Assembly (NCBI GenBank): GCA_004764695.1
Contig: SMSO01000025.1
Location: 3,472,001 to 3,536,000, forward strand
Source: Schizochytrium sp. TIO01
Lineage: Eukaryota > Protista > Bigyra: Labyrinthulomycetes
DNA length: 64,000 nucleotides
Direction of reading: 5' to 3'
Made by a program: the position numbers and the translations under genes. The notes under the pieces were generated by a model, which worked only from the letters and a program-made list of their open reading frames with translations, had not been told where the DNA came from and made no database searches. Position 1 is the first letter of the stretch, and each line of letters begins with the position of its first letter. Below are positions 21,801 through 32,580 of the stretch, in pieces.

Positions 21801-22967
21801 GTGATTGGGCATCGTTTGTTTTGGTTGCTCAAGGCCGAGATGCATATTCCAGAGATTGCGGATCGCTATGGTGCCTTACTAGACACCTACTTGCGACACT
21901 GCCGAGCGAGACAAGAACTGGGTCATCAACAATTTGTTAATAGCAAATTTGAGTCAATCGCTGCGGCAGTCAAACTTGAAAAGCCACAGAAACGATCTGC
22001 TTTGCTAAGACAACAACTGGAGTCTGTAACATTGCCTGATGAGTTCCAGCTCCCATTGTCTCCTCACCTGTTCTTCCGAGGCCTGAACGTAGAAAAATGC
22101 CGTGTGATGAATTCTAAGAAAGCACCTTTGTTCCTAGAGTGTTTACAAGCTCGCCCCGGTGCACCGCCGGTCTCGGTGCTATATAAGTCTGGCGATGATT
22201 TGCGGCAAGACCAGCTGACATTGCAACTTTTGCGTACAATGGACAGACTCTGGAAAACTGAAGGGCTTGATTTGCGGTTATCCCTGTATAGTGTCGTGTC
22301 AACAGGCAACGAACGCGGAATGATCCAGATTGTTCCTGATGCGGAAACCTTAGCCCGAATTACAGCTGGGCGCGGAGGCGGCAAGTTTAGCAAAGCTGTG
22401 AAGGTTTTTGATGACAAGAAACTAAAACGGTATTTGCAGAACTCTGGTTATGCGCGCAAGGTTACGGAGCAAAACTTCAAGTGTTCTTGTGCTGGCTACT
22501 GTGTAGCTACCTATGTCTTGGGCATCGGTGATCGTCATGCGGATAACATCATGCTAACACGGGATGGCAAGCTATTTCATATTGACTTTGGTCATTTTTT
22601 GGGCAACTTTAAGTCAAAGATGGGTATCAAGCGTGAGCGGGGTCCTTTCTTATTTTCCAATGCCATGGCAACCGTTCTAGGGCCACAAGATCGCCCCTTG
22701 TTTAAGGAGTTTGAGGATCTGTGCGGTCATGCATACAATATTTTACGTCGCAATGCCAACCTACTGATTACATTGTTTTCATTAATGCTTTCCAGTGGTA
22801 TGCCTGAGTTAACTCGGGAGTCTGACATTGACTGGGTTCGGGATCGTTTAATGCTTGACGCTACCGAGGAGGAAGCTGCTGAGCGTTTTCGTGATCTTAT
22901 TCAAGAAGCCTTGTCAACATGGACAGCAACGCTTAACGACTTTGCACATGTCATGCGTCGGAATTAG
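18870..22967 (+). CDS. Class-I-like phosphoinositide 3-kinase with N-terminal WW x3, coiled coil, cNMP-binding and GAF domains
   Basis: 1365-aa ORF. Kinase motifs: CRVMNSKKAPL, KSGDDLRQDQLTLQ, GIGDRHADNIM, HIDFGHFLGNFKSKMGIKRERGPF. Helical domain: SDPLRPLS...ALPKFLQAIDW. PI3K-C2: LSNLPRAARVIFNVY...PIGW. cNMP: GDLFYLIIEGKV, GDFFGEKALLEDKMRTATV. GAF: CERVSLY, GIAGHCA, LLNKRGGAPFSEED. WW: WQEHVDPRSGLTFYHN..SVWKLP. Confidence 0.95.
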   Translation: MSYVGSHISGRNQNGYGGGVWQEHVDPRSGLTFYHNVVNGMSVWKLPEDRWHKARDLESDRLYYFNLYRHQSTYAEPIGYVDEDFQKVQVLPYNRAALGMSGERKDNVGFIPAFDPSRNSTFWHSSGQTVWRRPRGAQYSLDQLRPSQEYERMEHAARQLQSRIHDVSDEISRLEMIETQIEETADARSRRLARLRGQRSESEAMERLTLREKGVTRFLETSFGHVALRSSFRVNVPTVDSFLKSVPIFHNLDEEQFELVRKSLRKQTFVPNEVIVRQDTKGDLFYLIIEGKVRVYVQGAWTEDQGLLPEDNAFGKLVNELIPGDFFGEKALLEDKMRTATVLAATHVATYTLSRDVFCKVIKPDELMDTSNTQLSHMSLEVASFTKHVGNFDVLLSLKRRANTERERRVAEALMLLMTAFSPELNVVDTVARMRKTLFQIFNCERVSLYTVDWEKRQLQMQFGQDLETTFTLDIGEGIAGHCAAMNKIVNVPHVHKNEHFYGEVEPASSGFVTRNVLCCPVCTDDGTVITVIELLNKRGGAPFSEEDQDVIASVSEQMSATLAQKRAEQLNDFSLVHYLPIWQIDEPLKIKLNRVLGTSLPGHVLSDSFIVATSIYYAGQPLAPTKYLQCTAERLMPYMVVPFETTVTLDITLSNLPRAARVIFNVYYSPKTEETADSDLISAIIDEQAKRDAKREMEEEAAMEKTLSSHHRQSSTRQHPTERDRIRKEKQTRRNIEMERLVKEGLATPIGWAGLTLLDFDQVMRSGHMRLKLFRGEAGPDMAAVATLLSNNTRAKDAVDFLEITLPARRKPVVYSDHVSDAEKLDADETAAPQRSNLYKLMRAELEKFIHSDPLRPLSNDEKLLVLQTRRELMDDPAALPKFLQAIDWSKRSQTQLAYNMLNLWAMPDPVVALQLLDFKHPDPKIRALAVAALESMSDLDLEEIMLQLVQVLKFERFVDSALSRFLLRRALRAPAVIGHRLFWLLKAEMHIPEIADRYGALLDTYLRHCRARQELGHQQFVNSKFESIAAAVKLEKPQKRSALLRQQLESVTLPDEFQLPLSPHLFFRGLNVEKCRVMNSKKAPLFLECLQARPGAPPVSVLYKSGDDLRQDQLTLQLLRTMDRLWKTEGLDLRLSLYSVVSTGNERGMIQIVPDAETLARITAGRGGGKFSKAVKVFDDKKLKRYLQNSGYARKVTEQNFKCSCAGYCVATYVLGIGDRHADNIMLTRDGKLFHIDFGHFLGNFKSKMGIKRERGPFLFSNAMATVLGPQDRPLFKEFEDLCGHAYNILRRNANLLITLFSLMLSSGMPELTRESDIDWVRDRLMLDATEEEAAERFRDLIQEALSTWTATLNDFAHVMRRN

Positions 22968-23699
22968 ATTGAAGAGAGAAAAATCAATGGATACAACGGT
23001 AGACTGTATGCTTTTGATGCCCTTTGTTTTTGTTTAATTAAGTTCAAGTTGTTTCCTTTTGATCTTCTTGTGTCTACTCCGGTGATTTCCCAGGATTTAT
23101 AATGCAGAAAACAGCATCCACTTGGTTTCAACATTATGTAAGCAGTGAGTAAAGAATATTGACGGGCTGGGCGATCGAGCAACTCTTGTATGAGAACTTC
23201 AAAGAAGGATACTTGACAAGAAGAAAGAAGGAATTTCAAGCTGTTTGGGAGCGGTGACAAAAACGTTATAAAGCTTATAAAACATGAATGTAACATAATA
23301 TTTAAAGGGAATACATTGGGGGATAACAATTCATATCACATAACTGAACCATTTTTGGTTATAGTTACGGTTGTCCGAGAAGCGCTTTCAAGGACTGGAC
23401 ACAATCCATGAAAGAAGGAATGTGGTCAAAATGCACACACGACAATAGAAAATATGAACAACGATGATCAAAAGCAGGTGTGAAATAAGGATGGTGTGCT
23501 CTTGTTGCTGCTAGTGGCTATGAGATGCAAACGTGGAGCTATGCAAACATAAACTTGTGTGAAAAAGAATAATGTCAAGAAGTGATGACAATTAATCAAT
23601 ACAGAGGAAAGTCCTGACCCCAGCATTTAATGCAGGCAACTATAATACGTATCAGAGACTGCGTGGGAGCCCTTGGCGCAGTGATTAGGAAGAGTATAA

Positions 23700-25067
23700 T
23701 CACTGATTTTGTTGTCCATTTGAGTTCTGCGTAAATTTTTGCATAATGTACTGGAGGAGTTCAGTGTTAGGCTGGGAGCCAGGCGAGAGCTGGGCAGGGG
23801 CAGTTGATGCGTAGGTTGTAGCGAAGTTTACAGGAACAACCTGCGAAGAGGAGGCAACAGTCAAACGCGGGCTTTGTAGTTTATCATTGACTGATAACTC
23901 CAGGGAACCAGGGTTCTTGTAAAATGTAGGGGGTACCTTGTTTACGTTTGTGGTTGTGGTAACATCAACAGCCTCTACGCCGCTGCAACTCTTCACGTCA
24001 TCCTCCTCAACTTCGCCATAGCTGTGTTGCACTAAGCAAGCCCCCTTACGTGGCATGAAAAGCTCACAAAAGTTGGGAAGGCCGATCGCACCACCACGCG
24101 TAAAGGAGGCACGATAAATGGCCGCTGCAAATGATGCCTCAATATTGCAATTGAAGGAGTGGTGGATGAAGCGTGAGGTGCGATTCTTGCGAGGAAAGTA
24201 CTTTGAGCCTTCCTTTTTAACGTGCATTGGCTTGTCCTTCTTATCTGTGATTTGTACAAGCTGTGCAATCGTAAAGTTCACCGCGCGGAGGTCATCGCGA
24301 AGCTTGGCGACGACACGAGCACAGAGTTCCTCCTTGCTCTTTTCGTCGAGTGGGTTGCGCATGTGCTCACGGATCTTAGGTGCCCAGAAAGGGTAGTGAA
24401 CTTTGCGAATAGGGAGTTCGTCGAGGTCGAAAAGCACTTCTGCATCATCATTGACACTCGGCGGAGACGCAGGTGTCCTAGTGCTGGGTCCGTTGCTGTT
24501 TGCAGCGGTGCTTCGAATGTACTCTGCTTCTGCAACTGGCGTGGGCGGGGCAGTGTCATTAGGCGAAGACGGAGTGGAGATGGGGAATGATGCGTTGGAC
24601 ATGGGACTTGCCATGGGGATTGTGGAGACGAGGGAGCCCGAAGAAATACACAGCTTCTTGTTGTTCTCGTGAACTTGCTGTTCCGTCTTGAAAGCTACTT
24701 CTGAAAAGCGACGCTTCTGCTGCTGTGTGTTGGTGCGGACTTGCTCTGCCCAGGCCTGGGTGGACCAGTTTGCCATGGGCTCGGTTTTGATGTTAGTGAA
24801 GGAAAGCCGACGCTCCTGCTGTGGTTTGTTGTGCTCCTGGTTGAAGTTAAAGGTGGCAGATTGGTATTGCTGTTGCTGTTGCTGATGTTGTTGTTGTTGT
24901 TGGCGAAAAGTCTGCAAGAATGCAGCATCAAGCATGCTCTGCATTGCTTGTGCCTGATGAGGTTGGAACTGATGTGTGGAGAGTCTTCTGTTTGCGGCGT
25001 GGAATATAGGCGATGGTGGACTCCAGTTAGGGGAGTTGGCTGACTCATTTGCGTTGTTTGCCGGCAT
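23700..25067 (-). CDS. Uncharacterised Q/S/P-rich protein, probable transcriptional regulator with a central basic globular domain
   Basis: 455-aa ORF with poly-Q, many S/T-P sites, three RRxS motifs, psiKxE motifs and a ~135-aa basic/aromatic core (aa ~211-346) that I cannot assign to a family. Coding status is well supported; function is inferred. Confidence 0.7.
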   Translation of the reverse strand: MPANNANESANSPNWSPPSPIFHAANRRLSTHQFQPHQAQAMQSMLDAAFLQTFRQQQQQHQQQQQQYQSATFNFNQEHNKPQQERRLSFTNIKTEPMANWSTQAWAEQVRTNTQQQKRRFSEVAFKTEQQVHENNKKLCISSGSLVSTIPMASPMSNASFPISTPSSPNDTAPPTPVAEAEYIRSTAANSNGPSTRTPASPPSVNDDAEVLFDLDELPIRKVHYPFWAPKIREHMRNPLDEKSKEELCARVVAKLRDDLRAVNFTIAQLVQITDKKDKPMHVKKEGSKYFPRKNRTSRFIHHSFNCNIEASFAAAIYRASFTRGGAIGLPNFCELFMPRKGACLVQHSYGEVEEDDVKSCSGVEAVDVTTTTNVNKVPPTFYKNPGSLELSVNDKLQSPRLTVASSSQVVPVNFATTYASTAPAQLSPGSQPNTELLQYIMQKFTQNSNGQQNQ

Positions 25068-27725
25068 TTTCCAAAGACTGCTTAAGTGTCAAGTACTTTG
25101 CGATTCTGTTAACGCGCTTTGGGTTTTGGATTTGCTTTGTCTCCACTTCAAGTTCTTCGCACACCTTGGTAGTGCTTGGTTAATAAATGCTAGCTGGTCC
25201 TTCTTTCTTCTTTACTTCTGTAGCGAACGAGGGATATGCCACGAGCAGGTCTCTCAAGTCCCGACGTGACTTTGGGGACCTCTTCTGCGGCACGTCACGG
25301 CGAGCTTTCTCCACACGCGCTTGATGACTGGGGCAGCAACCGCAAGTTTGTCTCGCGTGCGTGTTATATTGTGCAAGTGACTGCTTCTCCAAGTAGTTCT
25401 CGCGAACTAAAGCTACCTTTGGCGGATCTCTGATTGACGCCTTGCTTTGCTACGCTCTTTTGCTCTTCGTGCTATTTGCTTTCGGCAGTCTGTCTTTTCT
25501 GCTTCTTTTTCTACTCGCGTCGAGAGGCTCGATGAGTTTCTGATTTGCTGGGCTCCTGATCGGGTTTGCTCGACGTTTGGCGTTTGCTGCTCGAGTTGCC
25601 TTGCTTCCTCGCGCTCCTCTGCTCAACCTATTTATCTCTGTTTTGTTTTGTTTTGTTTTGATTAATTTTGTTTTTCTTTTACCTTCCTCCTTTCTTTTTG
25701 TTTGTTTGTTTGTTTGTCTGTTTGATTGTTTGCCTTTTGGCTCGTGTCTCCCTCTCTCTTCCGATTCCTCTTCTTCTTCCAAAGCAAAGTAATAATGAAG
25801 CAATTGAGCGATAGACTGACCGATTGTTTGATTGAGGTTTTTGTTAATTTTCAATTCAAGCACCCACATCCCTCCTCTCTCATCCTTTCGACTTATTTCT
25901 TTTACCTACGATTTCCTTTCGATGTTGAAAAAGCATTTCATTAACAATAGAAAGCAACAACAACAACAAAAACCTTTAAAAGAAGGGAGCCCCCTGTTGC
26001 GCCTTAGTTCTCCTCACAGAACAGGGCGTAATGCACACTAAACTAAAGTGCAAAGGCACTCAGAAATAAAACAGCAGTAGAGAAGAAGCCATGTTGATCC
26101 CTAATGTGGCAAAAAGGCAATAAGTGCTCCAATTATTCATTTCTTTCTTCTTTCATCAGAAATGGTGTTTCTTCTTTATATATAAATTAAAAATAATAAT
26201 GCAATGGATACATTTCGCATTATCTTCTTTAAAAAAAAATGCTCAAAATGAAAGCAGGAATCCCCATTAGATGACAGTGCATTTTAGCCGGCTTGCAATT
26301 CTTGCCTTGAAACCATTTTCATAGATTCAGCACTTCTGTTTCAAAAAGCACTACAAACCAGTATTGGAATCGCCTGCGACACAGAACCAACTCTTAAGAG
26401 ACGTTTGCGAGCCAGCTGTCCTTCCTTTAAGTGCCTATGCCCGCGCTATGCGAGTCCTACTGGCAAGCAAAGTAATTTTTTATTCCATGGCTATTTTCTT
26501 CTCTTGAATGGGAAAGGCGTTTACATGCTCATCAATAACTTGAACGAAAACTGGGCTAAACATCAAAATGCCCACCCCATTTAGCATTTCCTTTTTACAT
26601 TAAATTGTTTATTATTATTATTTTTTTTAAAAGTAAAAAAGTTATGCCAACGAAACTAAAAAACTGAAGGAAGGTGTCGTGGGATTCTGTTTCGAATAAA
26701 GTGAAATAGTTGTTTCTGCTGTATTTTAAAAAATAAAAGTTTTGTTTTTAAATCTAAATCGAGGCGCACGCGCGAACGGGCGGGGGAACCAGTCAGTCGC
26801 GGCCGTGAAAAATGGCAATAATGCCTTCTTCGATACAGCCAACGAGAGAAAAGAGGGAGCGAAGAGAGAGAGAGAGAAAGCGAGACAGACAGGGAGAGCC
26901 CACGTAGCGGCGAAAAGGCTTTCTTTTTTCTTTCTTTCTCGCTGTGTCTTGCTTCTCTCCTTTCCAATCCTGTTGCATCTTGAAAATAGTTTAATCTCAT
27001 TGCGTGGCCATTTCTGTCTGTCACGGCACAAAGTTTTGCATACACGGGTCCCTTATAGAAGCACCGACCCGGTTCCTCCTTCTCGCCTAGGTCTTCCATT
27101 TTCAGTCTGCTAAGCATTTATTTTCAAGTGTATTTTAAGTTTATAACTCATTCGAATAGACGCGTAGACAATGAAAAGATAACGGAAGGCCTTTATGTTC
27201 TCTTGAGCAATAGCAATCGACAAAATTCTTCTTTCTTTTCTTTTCTCTTGTTGGCCAGGCTGCTGCGAAGCTGCACAGGACTTCCGCCAACGGTCTCTCA
27301 GGGAAGCGCTGGGCTAATGAAAACAGCGCTGTCTGTCCTGGGAAGGTAAAGTCTCCTTGACCTGTAGCACGAGAAAGGAGAAAGAAAAAGAGAAAGAAAG
27401 TGCGAACTAAGAGATTTAAAAAATCAGACTGTCTCTCTTTGCTTTCTTCCTAGTTCAAATGGCGGGAAACTTTTTCCAAATGGAGCAACTTTTTTGTAGC
27501 AGGCAAGGTCCCTATAATGAAGACACAGAGACACCTTTAGCGATATCATTCGCGTCAGGAGATCCGTCCACATATTGAAAGTCAACACAGTGCCTCGTTT
27601 CAAGAAAGAAATGGTGCTGCGTCAATGCCATGCAAGAGAAGAATCACAGCTCCAATTTGTTTTCGGAAGGTCGACTTTTCAGTATTCTTTTTCTTCTTCA
27701 TCTATGATCTACTAAATACCACTAG

Positions 27726-27775
27726 TTCTTCTTCTTCTTCTTCTTCTTCTTCTTCTTCTTCTTCTTCTTCTTCTT
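27726..27775. repeat. (TTC)n microsatellite
   Basis: About 16 TTC units. Confidence 0.9.
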
Positions 27776-27895
27776 TTAAAAATAAATAACTAAATAAAAT
27801 AACAATACACTACATTTCTATTATGATTATGATGATTATTATGTTATACAAAAATAGTAAGCTATTATAATCTCCACGGGAGCTCTAGCTTTGAC

Positions 27896-28399
27896 TCAGC
27901 GACTAAGATGACCACACACGCCCAAGTGAAAAATCGGAGAGGCATCCGCAAGTCTCTCCATAGGACATCTACAGAGGCCTTGGCCAAGGTTTGTGAACCT
28001 CCACGCCCTCAACCTCTTCGTTTTGCCGATCAAGCCCATCAAAGTCTCCTCTAAGAATGCTGGTACCGAGAGTTTCACGAGACTTGCCTTCTTAGGTGCC
28101 CTAGCACCTGCATATTCCAGTCCTAGTGCATCCTTAGCAGGAACAACAACATGCCGCTATTCCTAATAAGAGGCTTCCAGCAACAGGTGTAGTGTTTTCC
28201 AAACTGCTTGGTATCCGGGTAGTTTGAGCAAAGATTCTGCGTCATCATTTCGCCAAGGCCTGAAATAGTTGCCATTCCTGGCAAGAGCAGCCTCATATCG
28301 CATGCTGCGCAGTAGCAGCTCAACTTCGTTTTGATTGCCTGGTACAAACCTAAAAGTGCTCCACACCCGACTTATCGCCATATATCTCAAGAGCATCAT
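27896..28399 (-). pseudogene. Possible decayed coding fragment of unknown family
   Basis: ORFs 28163-28399 and 27896-28078 are in the same frame and form about 167 codons interrupted only by TAG-GAA-TAG. Composition is protein-like, but I recognise no motif. Confidence 0.25.
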
Positions 28400-28624
28400 C
28401 TAGCACATAGGTAGGTAGGAGCGGCATTATTGAAGAGCGCCAACACACAATCTATGTTAATAGCAGGGGCACTCATGCCAGGCCCAAATAATCGCAGGCA
28501 TCAAGCTTAGGTCGATGCTTTGAACAACGACTTGTGCTCCAATCGAAGCTGACTAAGAATCTGCCGAGTATAGATTTGTTCAGATTTATGAAATTGGGCT
28601 ACCCAATTTTGTCTTCGCACACCA

Positions 28625-28697
28625 TAGCTAGCTAGCTACCTAGCTACCTAGCTACCTACGTAACTAACTTACTAACTAACTAACTAACTAACTAACC
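28625..28697. repeat. Compound (TAGC)/(TACC)/(TAAC) microsatellite
   Basis: tagctagctagctacctagctacc...actaactaactaactaactaactaacc read directly. Confidence 0.85.
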
Positions 28698-31408
28698 ATT
28701 TAACTAAAAAGATGAATAACTAACTAATTGCCTTGAACTTGAGCCACTCTGGGCGGCACGATCGCTGGAGGAAGAGGTCGAGCGATCGATCTCTGATCTT
28801 TGTGATGACCAAAGTTGGCGCATTAAACCAATGCTTGTCGCAAAACTGCATCGCTCCGTGTGTCGTTCAGGTCATCGTCCTTGTGAAGGGTCTCGCCATC
28901 TTTCTTGATTGCATGATCCTTCGTCGAACCTCCGAGTTCGTCTCGGCTCATCTCGCTCTCGCTCGGTGCCTGCATTCTGCATTTTGCGATTCCTGGGTGT
29001 GTGCACGAGCAATAATCCCTACTCCGACTTAGAGTGATCACAATCATTGGTGACTACCCGAGTCTTCACTCCTGTCAACTCCGTCGTTGAAGTCGAGCAT
29101 CATCTCGCACAGGAACAGCGTTCAATTGGACCAGACGAAACGTGTCACGCACCATCATGAATCATGCAGTACTTCTGCAGCAGTGCTGCTGCTGCCGCTG
29201 CTGCTGCCGCTGCTGCCCGAGCTTGAAGCAACTGCCCGCGTCATCTCTAGCCCATGCACAACATACATTGGTTTTCGTAGCTAGCTGGCTAATCATTATC
29301 GGGCGACGAATCGAGCCTCGTGCGAATTGTCTCCAAAGCCCCCTGCTGCTGCGCCACCAAGGCTCTTCTCATGCAATTCCACACTGCGCAAACGAGCGTC
29401 GCATGGCAATAATCCAGCATGCCTGCATGGGCGAGTAAAAGAATGCATTTTCAGCTTTTCGATCAACGAATACCAATCAGATCGAATCGATCCATCAACA
29501 TAGCGTATGTGTGTGCGCTTTTGGGCTGAAAAGAGTTCATGATCTCGGTCTGCAATGGTTCCTAGCTCTCCGTGCTGCCATTGCTTTTGGCTCGTTCACG
29601 TGCCACTGGCGGTGTATTCGTTTTTCTCGTAAGCTCCTCAGTTGAGAACCTGGCGCCAAGGTTGAGCACAACCTTGGCGCGTGTCCGAAACCTCTTGAAA
29701 AAGGCCTTCAAGACCAACTAACTCGAAGATCGCTCGCTCGGTACGCTCCTCTGACCTGTTCCCTCCTTGAACAAATCTGCATGCGTCTGCTGTCCAATCG
29801 AGGCGCCGAGACCTCACAGGTTTCCCTCGCAGGCGCGCTAGATCGAGCTCATGTCTTTGATTCGCTGGTATTGGTCAAGGTGCTTTCTTCATTCTTGAAT
29901 CACCCGGTGTCACCAAGCTGCTGCTGCTACTGGCTCGCCGACCCTGCTCAACAGGCTTCGTTCGCTTCATTCTCTGGAGCTCGCCTGGCCTTCTTCGATT
30001 CTTCGACCTTCTTCGACCTTCTTCGAGCGCCTTGGAGCGCCTTGGAGCTAGCTCCTTCGGGTCAGCAGAGTGGTGTGCTCGAGCTGTAAGTCCTGAGCTC
30101 GTGTGCGTGAGGCAGCTACGGCCGCAGGGAGTGCGGGACATCTGTACCTATCAGTGAATGTACTCGAAGCCGCGAGTCCTGTCTGTCCAGCCTCGCGTTT
30201 GCTGCAGGTACCTAGCTAGGTGCCTGCCCCGTGCGCAAGCCCTTTGCAGCGCAGGGGGTGCCATCGGCGTGTCCACGTCTGTGTTCCCAGCGCTCTCATA
30301 TGCTGTCTCTCTGCAAAGAAGACACGACTTGCGATCATTGACAGTAAAGTCCTAAGCATCCATGAACTCAGAGGTGTCCACGTAACCAAAACTGATTACC
30401 TTATTTTTATTTTTATTATTTTTATTATTTTTTAATGACCCTTATTTAAAGAATTAAAAAACTAAAAAATTAAAAAATTAAAAAATCAAAACATTAAAAA
30501 TTAAACAAAGACCAACAAGGTACTAAATAGGTGCTACCTACGAAATGGAGCTTTCTTCCAGTTTCCTATAAACGCGGCTGTGCCTTCGTTTACCTAGCTA
30601 GGCAGTACTACTTATTGAGATTACAAGATACCACTACCAGGCAGTACCTAGCGCCTAGGGCCGAAGGACTATAGTTTTGAATCGAGATCTATTTTAGTTT
30701 GTTTGTTTGTTTGTTTCAAATATATATGTAGTTTTGGCAACAAACACACTTTTGTAAAGGTGCTTTCTTTTCAAAAGAAAAGACAGGCTGCTCCCCAATC
30801 TCGGGAATCGTTGATCCTCTGTCACAACAAGTCCTAGTTGCTTCTTTTGATAACTCAATTTTGCTTGTTTAAACAAAAACTAATTAATTATGGTTTTCAA
30901 AAAGTTGTAAAGTAAAAATTCCAATAAAAATGAGAGAGCTGTGCCTACCTACCTAATTCACTAACGAACTAACCAAAAGCTGGGAAGCGATCCTGATTGC
31001 CATTTGCATACTGAGCCTGCTACCAATTTGGGAGAGATTGGTTTCTAATCAAAATAAGTAAGACCCACTCAGATTTCAGCTGTGCACAATCTTTTGCAGG
31101 AAATGGGCAGTTGGCGCAGAGCTTTGAGGACTTTTCCCGCTTATTCAACAAAAGTGTAATGTTGCGGAGCCTTTCCAGGCTGAAAGAAGATCATGCTCTC
31201 AGTTACCGCCATGGCTGTGGCATAAATTTATATATTATGTATACGTGAGTTTATTAATTCTCAAGAGGGTCCGTGCAAGCGCTGCGCTGCGCTGCGAATG
31301 GATATGCTCTGCGGCATCGGGGATTTATATCGAAGGAGCTCGTGCTTTTAGGGTCTGCTAATGACCACAAGCTTTTGCTGTTTTCAACTCTTATTCTACG
31401 ATAAATGA

Positions 31409-31410
<2 letters not shown>

Positions 31411-31442
<32 letters not shown>
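31411..31442. repeat. (AT)16 microsatellite
   Basis: Direct reading. Confidence 0.9.
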
Positions 31443-31445
<3 letters not shown>

Positions 31446-32580
31446 TCACTGGGGAAAAGCTTTCTTCGGCACCGATGCGTCGCACTTCGAGTTCTTTTTG
31501 TACTTCTTGCGTAGAAGTGCATCAAAGAGTTTGAAACTATTACCACTGCTAGGTACGTGAGTAGCATATGTAGCTGGAGCCGTCACACTTAGTGATACGT
31601 AGGTGGTAGCGGACTTTCATTTATGTATTTTAGCTATTTTAATTTTTATAATTATCATTTAAAAAAAAAAAAATAACATATGAAAGTAAAAGGTTATTAA
31701 GTTGATTCATCTCGCCCCAGGTCTGGTATTTGTCCACGTTCAATTTCCCAATCTCATCAAAATTAAAATAAATAAATCAACGAGTTACCGCAAGAGGCAA
31801 ACTTAACATTAAAACAAAAAAGTGTGGAAGTAACTTTTAACTTCTTTGTTGCTATTTATTTACAATAAAACAAAACAAAATAAAACAAAACAAATCTATT
31901 TTACGAGAGGGCGTTTCAGGAGAGGAAGAAGGGGAAAAGAAGAAAAAAGTTTCAAGTTTCAAATACTCAAAGCGCGATGCTTCTCTGTAATTACACGGTA
32001 CTACTACTTCGTTAGCAGCATTTGTTTCCCTTCGTCAAGGGTGTTGCAAAGGAGGCCTTATCCCCAAACAAAAACTCAGGCTCCGCCACTGCACTGCATT
32101 CGCCCATCTCGCCCCAGGAAGGGAAATCAAACTTTTTTTCACGACGCAAAGAATGGAGCTAAGAGAAGGCAAATCAAAGAAAAACTCACAACAACAGTGC
32201 TCCCAAACAGCCAAAACAGCCCAGGCAAACGAGGCGTCGGCAATAATGAATGATTGATATGTGCAATGAGCTTTCGTTCCCCTCTTTCCCTCTTTCCGCG
32301 ACCTGAACTTGAAAGTTGCGCGTCTTCGATCGCAGAAGAGGAAACACAGGAACACAGAGAGAGAGAGAGACTGCTCAGTTAGTTCTCTGCCCTCTTCAAT
32401 GAATCTAAGGAGCGCGGCCTTGGGTTCTACCAGAACCCGCTGCGGCCTCCCTTCCACACGATCTGTATGTCTAAGTTATCCCGACTTTGCGCAGGCTCGC
32501 GCCGGCTGGCAAGCAAGCGAGCAAGCTTAAGCGAGCGAGCAAGCGCTGACAGCGAAGAAAGTTGAACTTAAAGCGAAACG

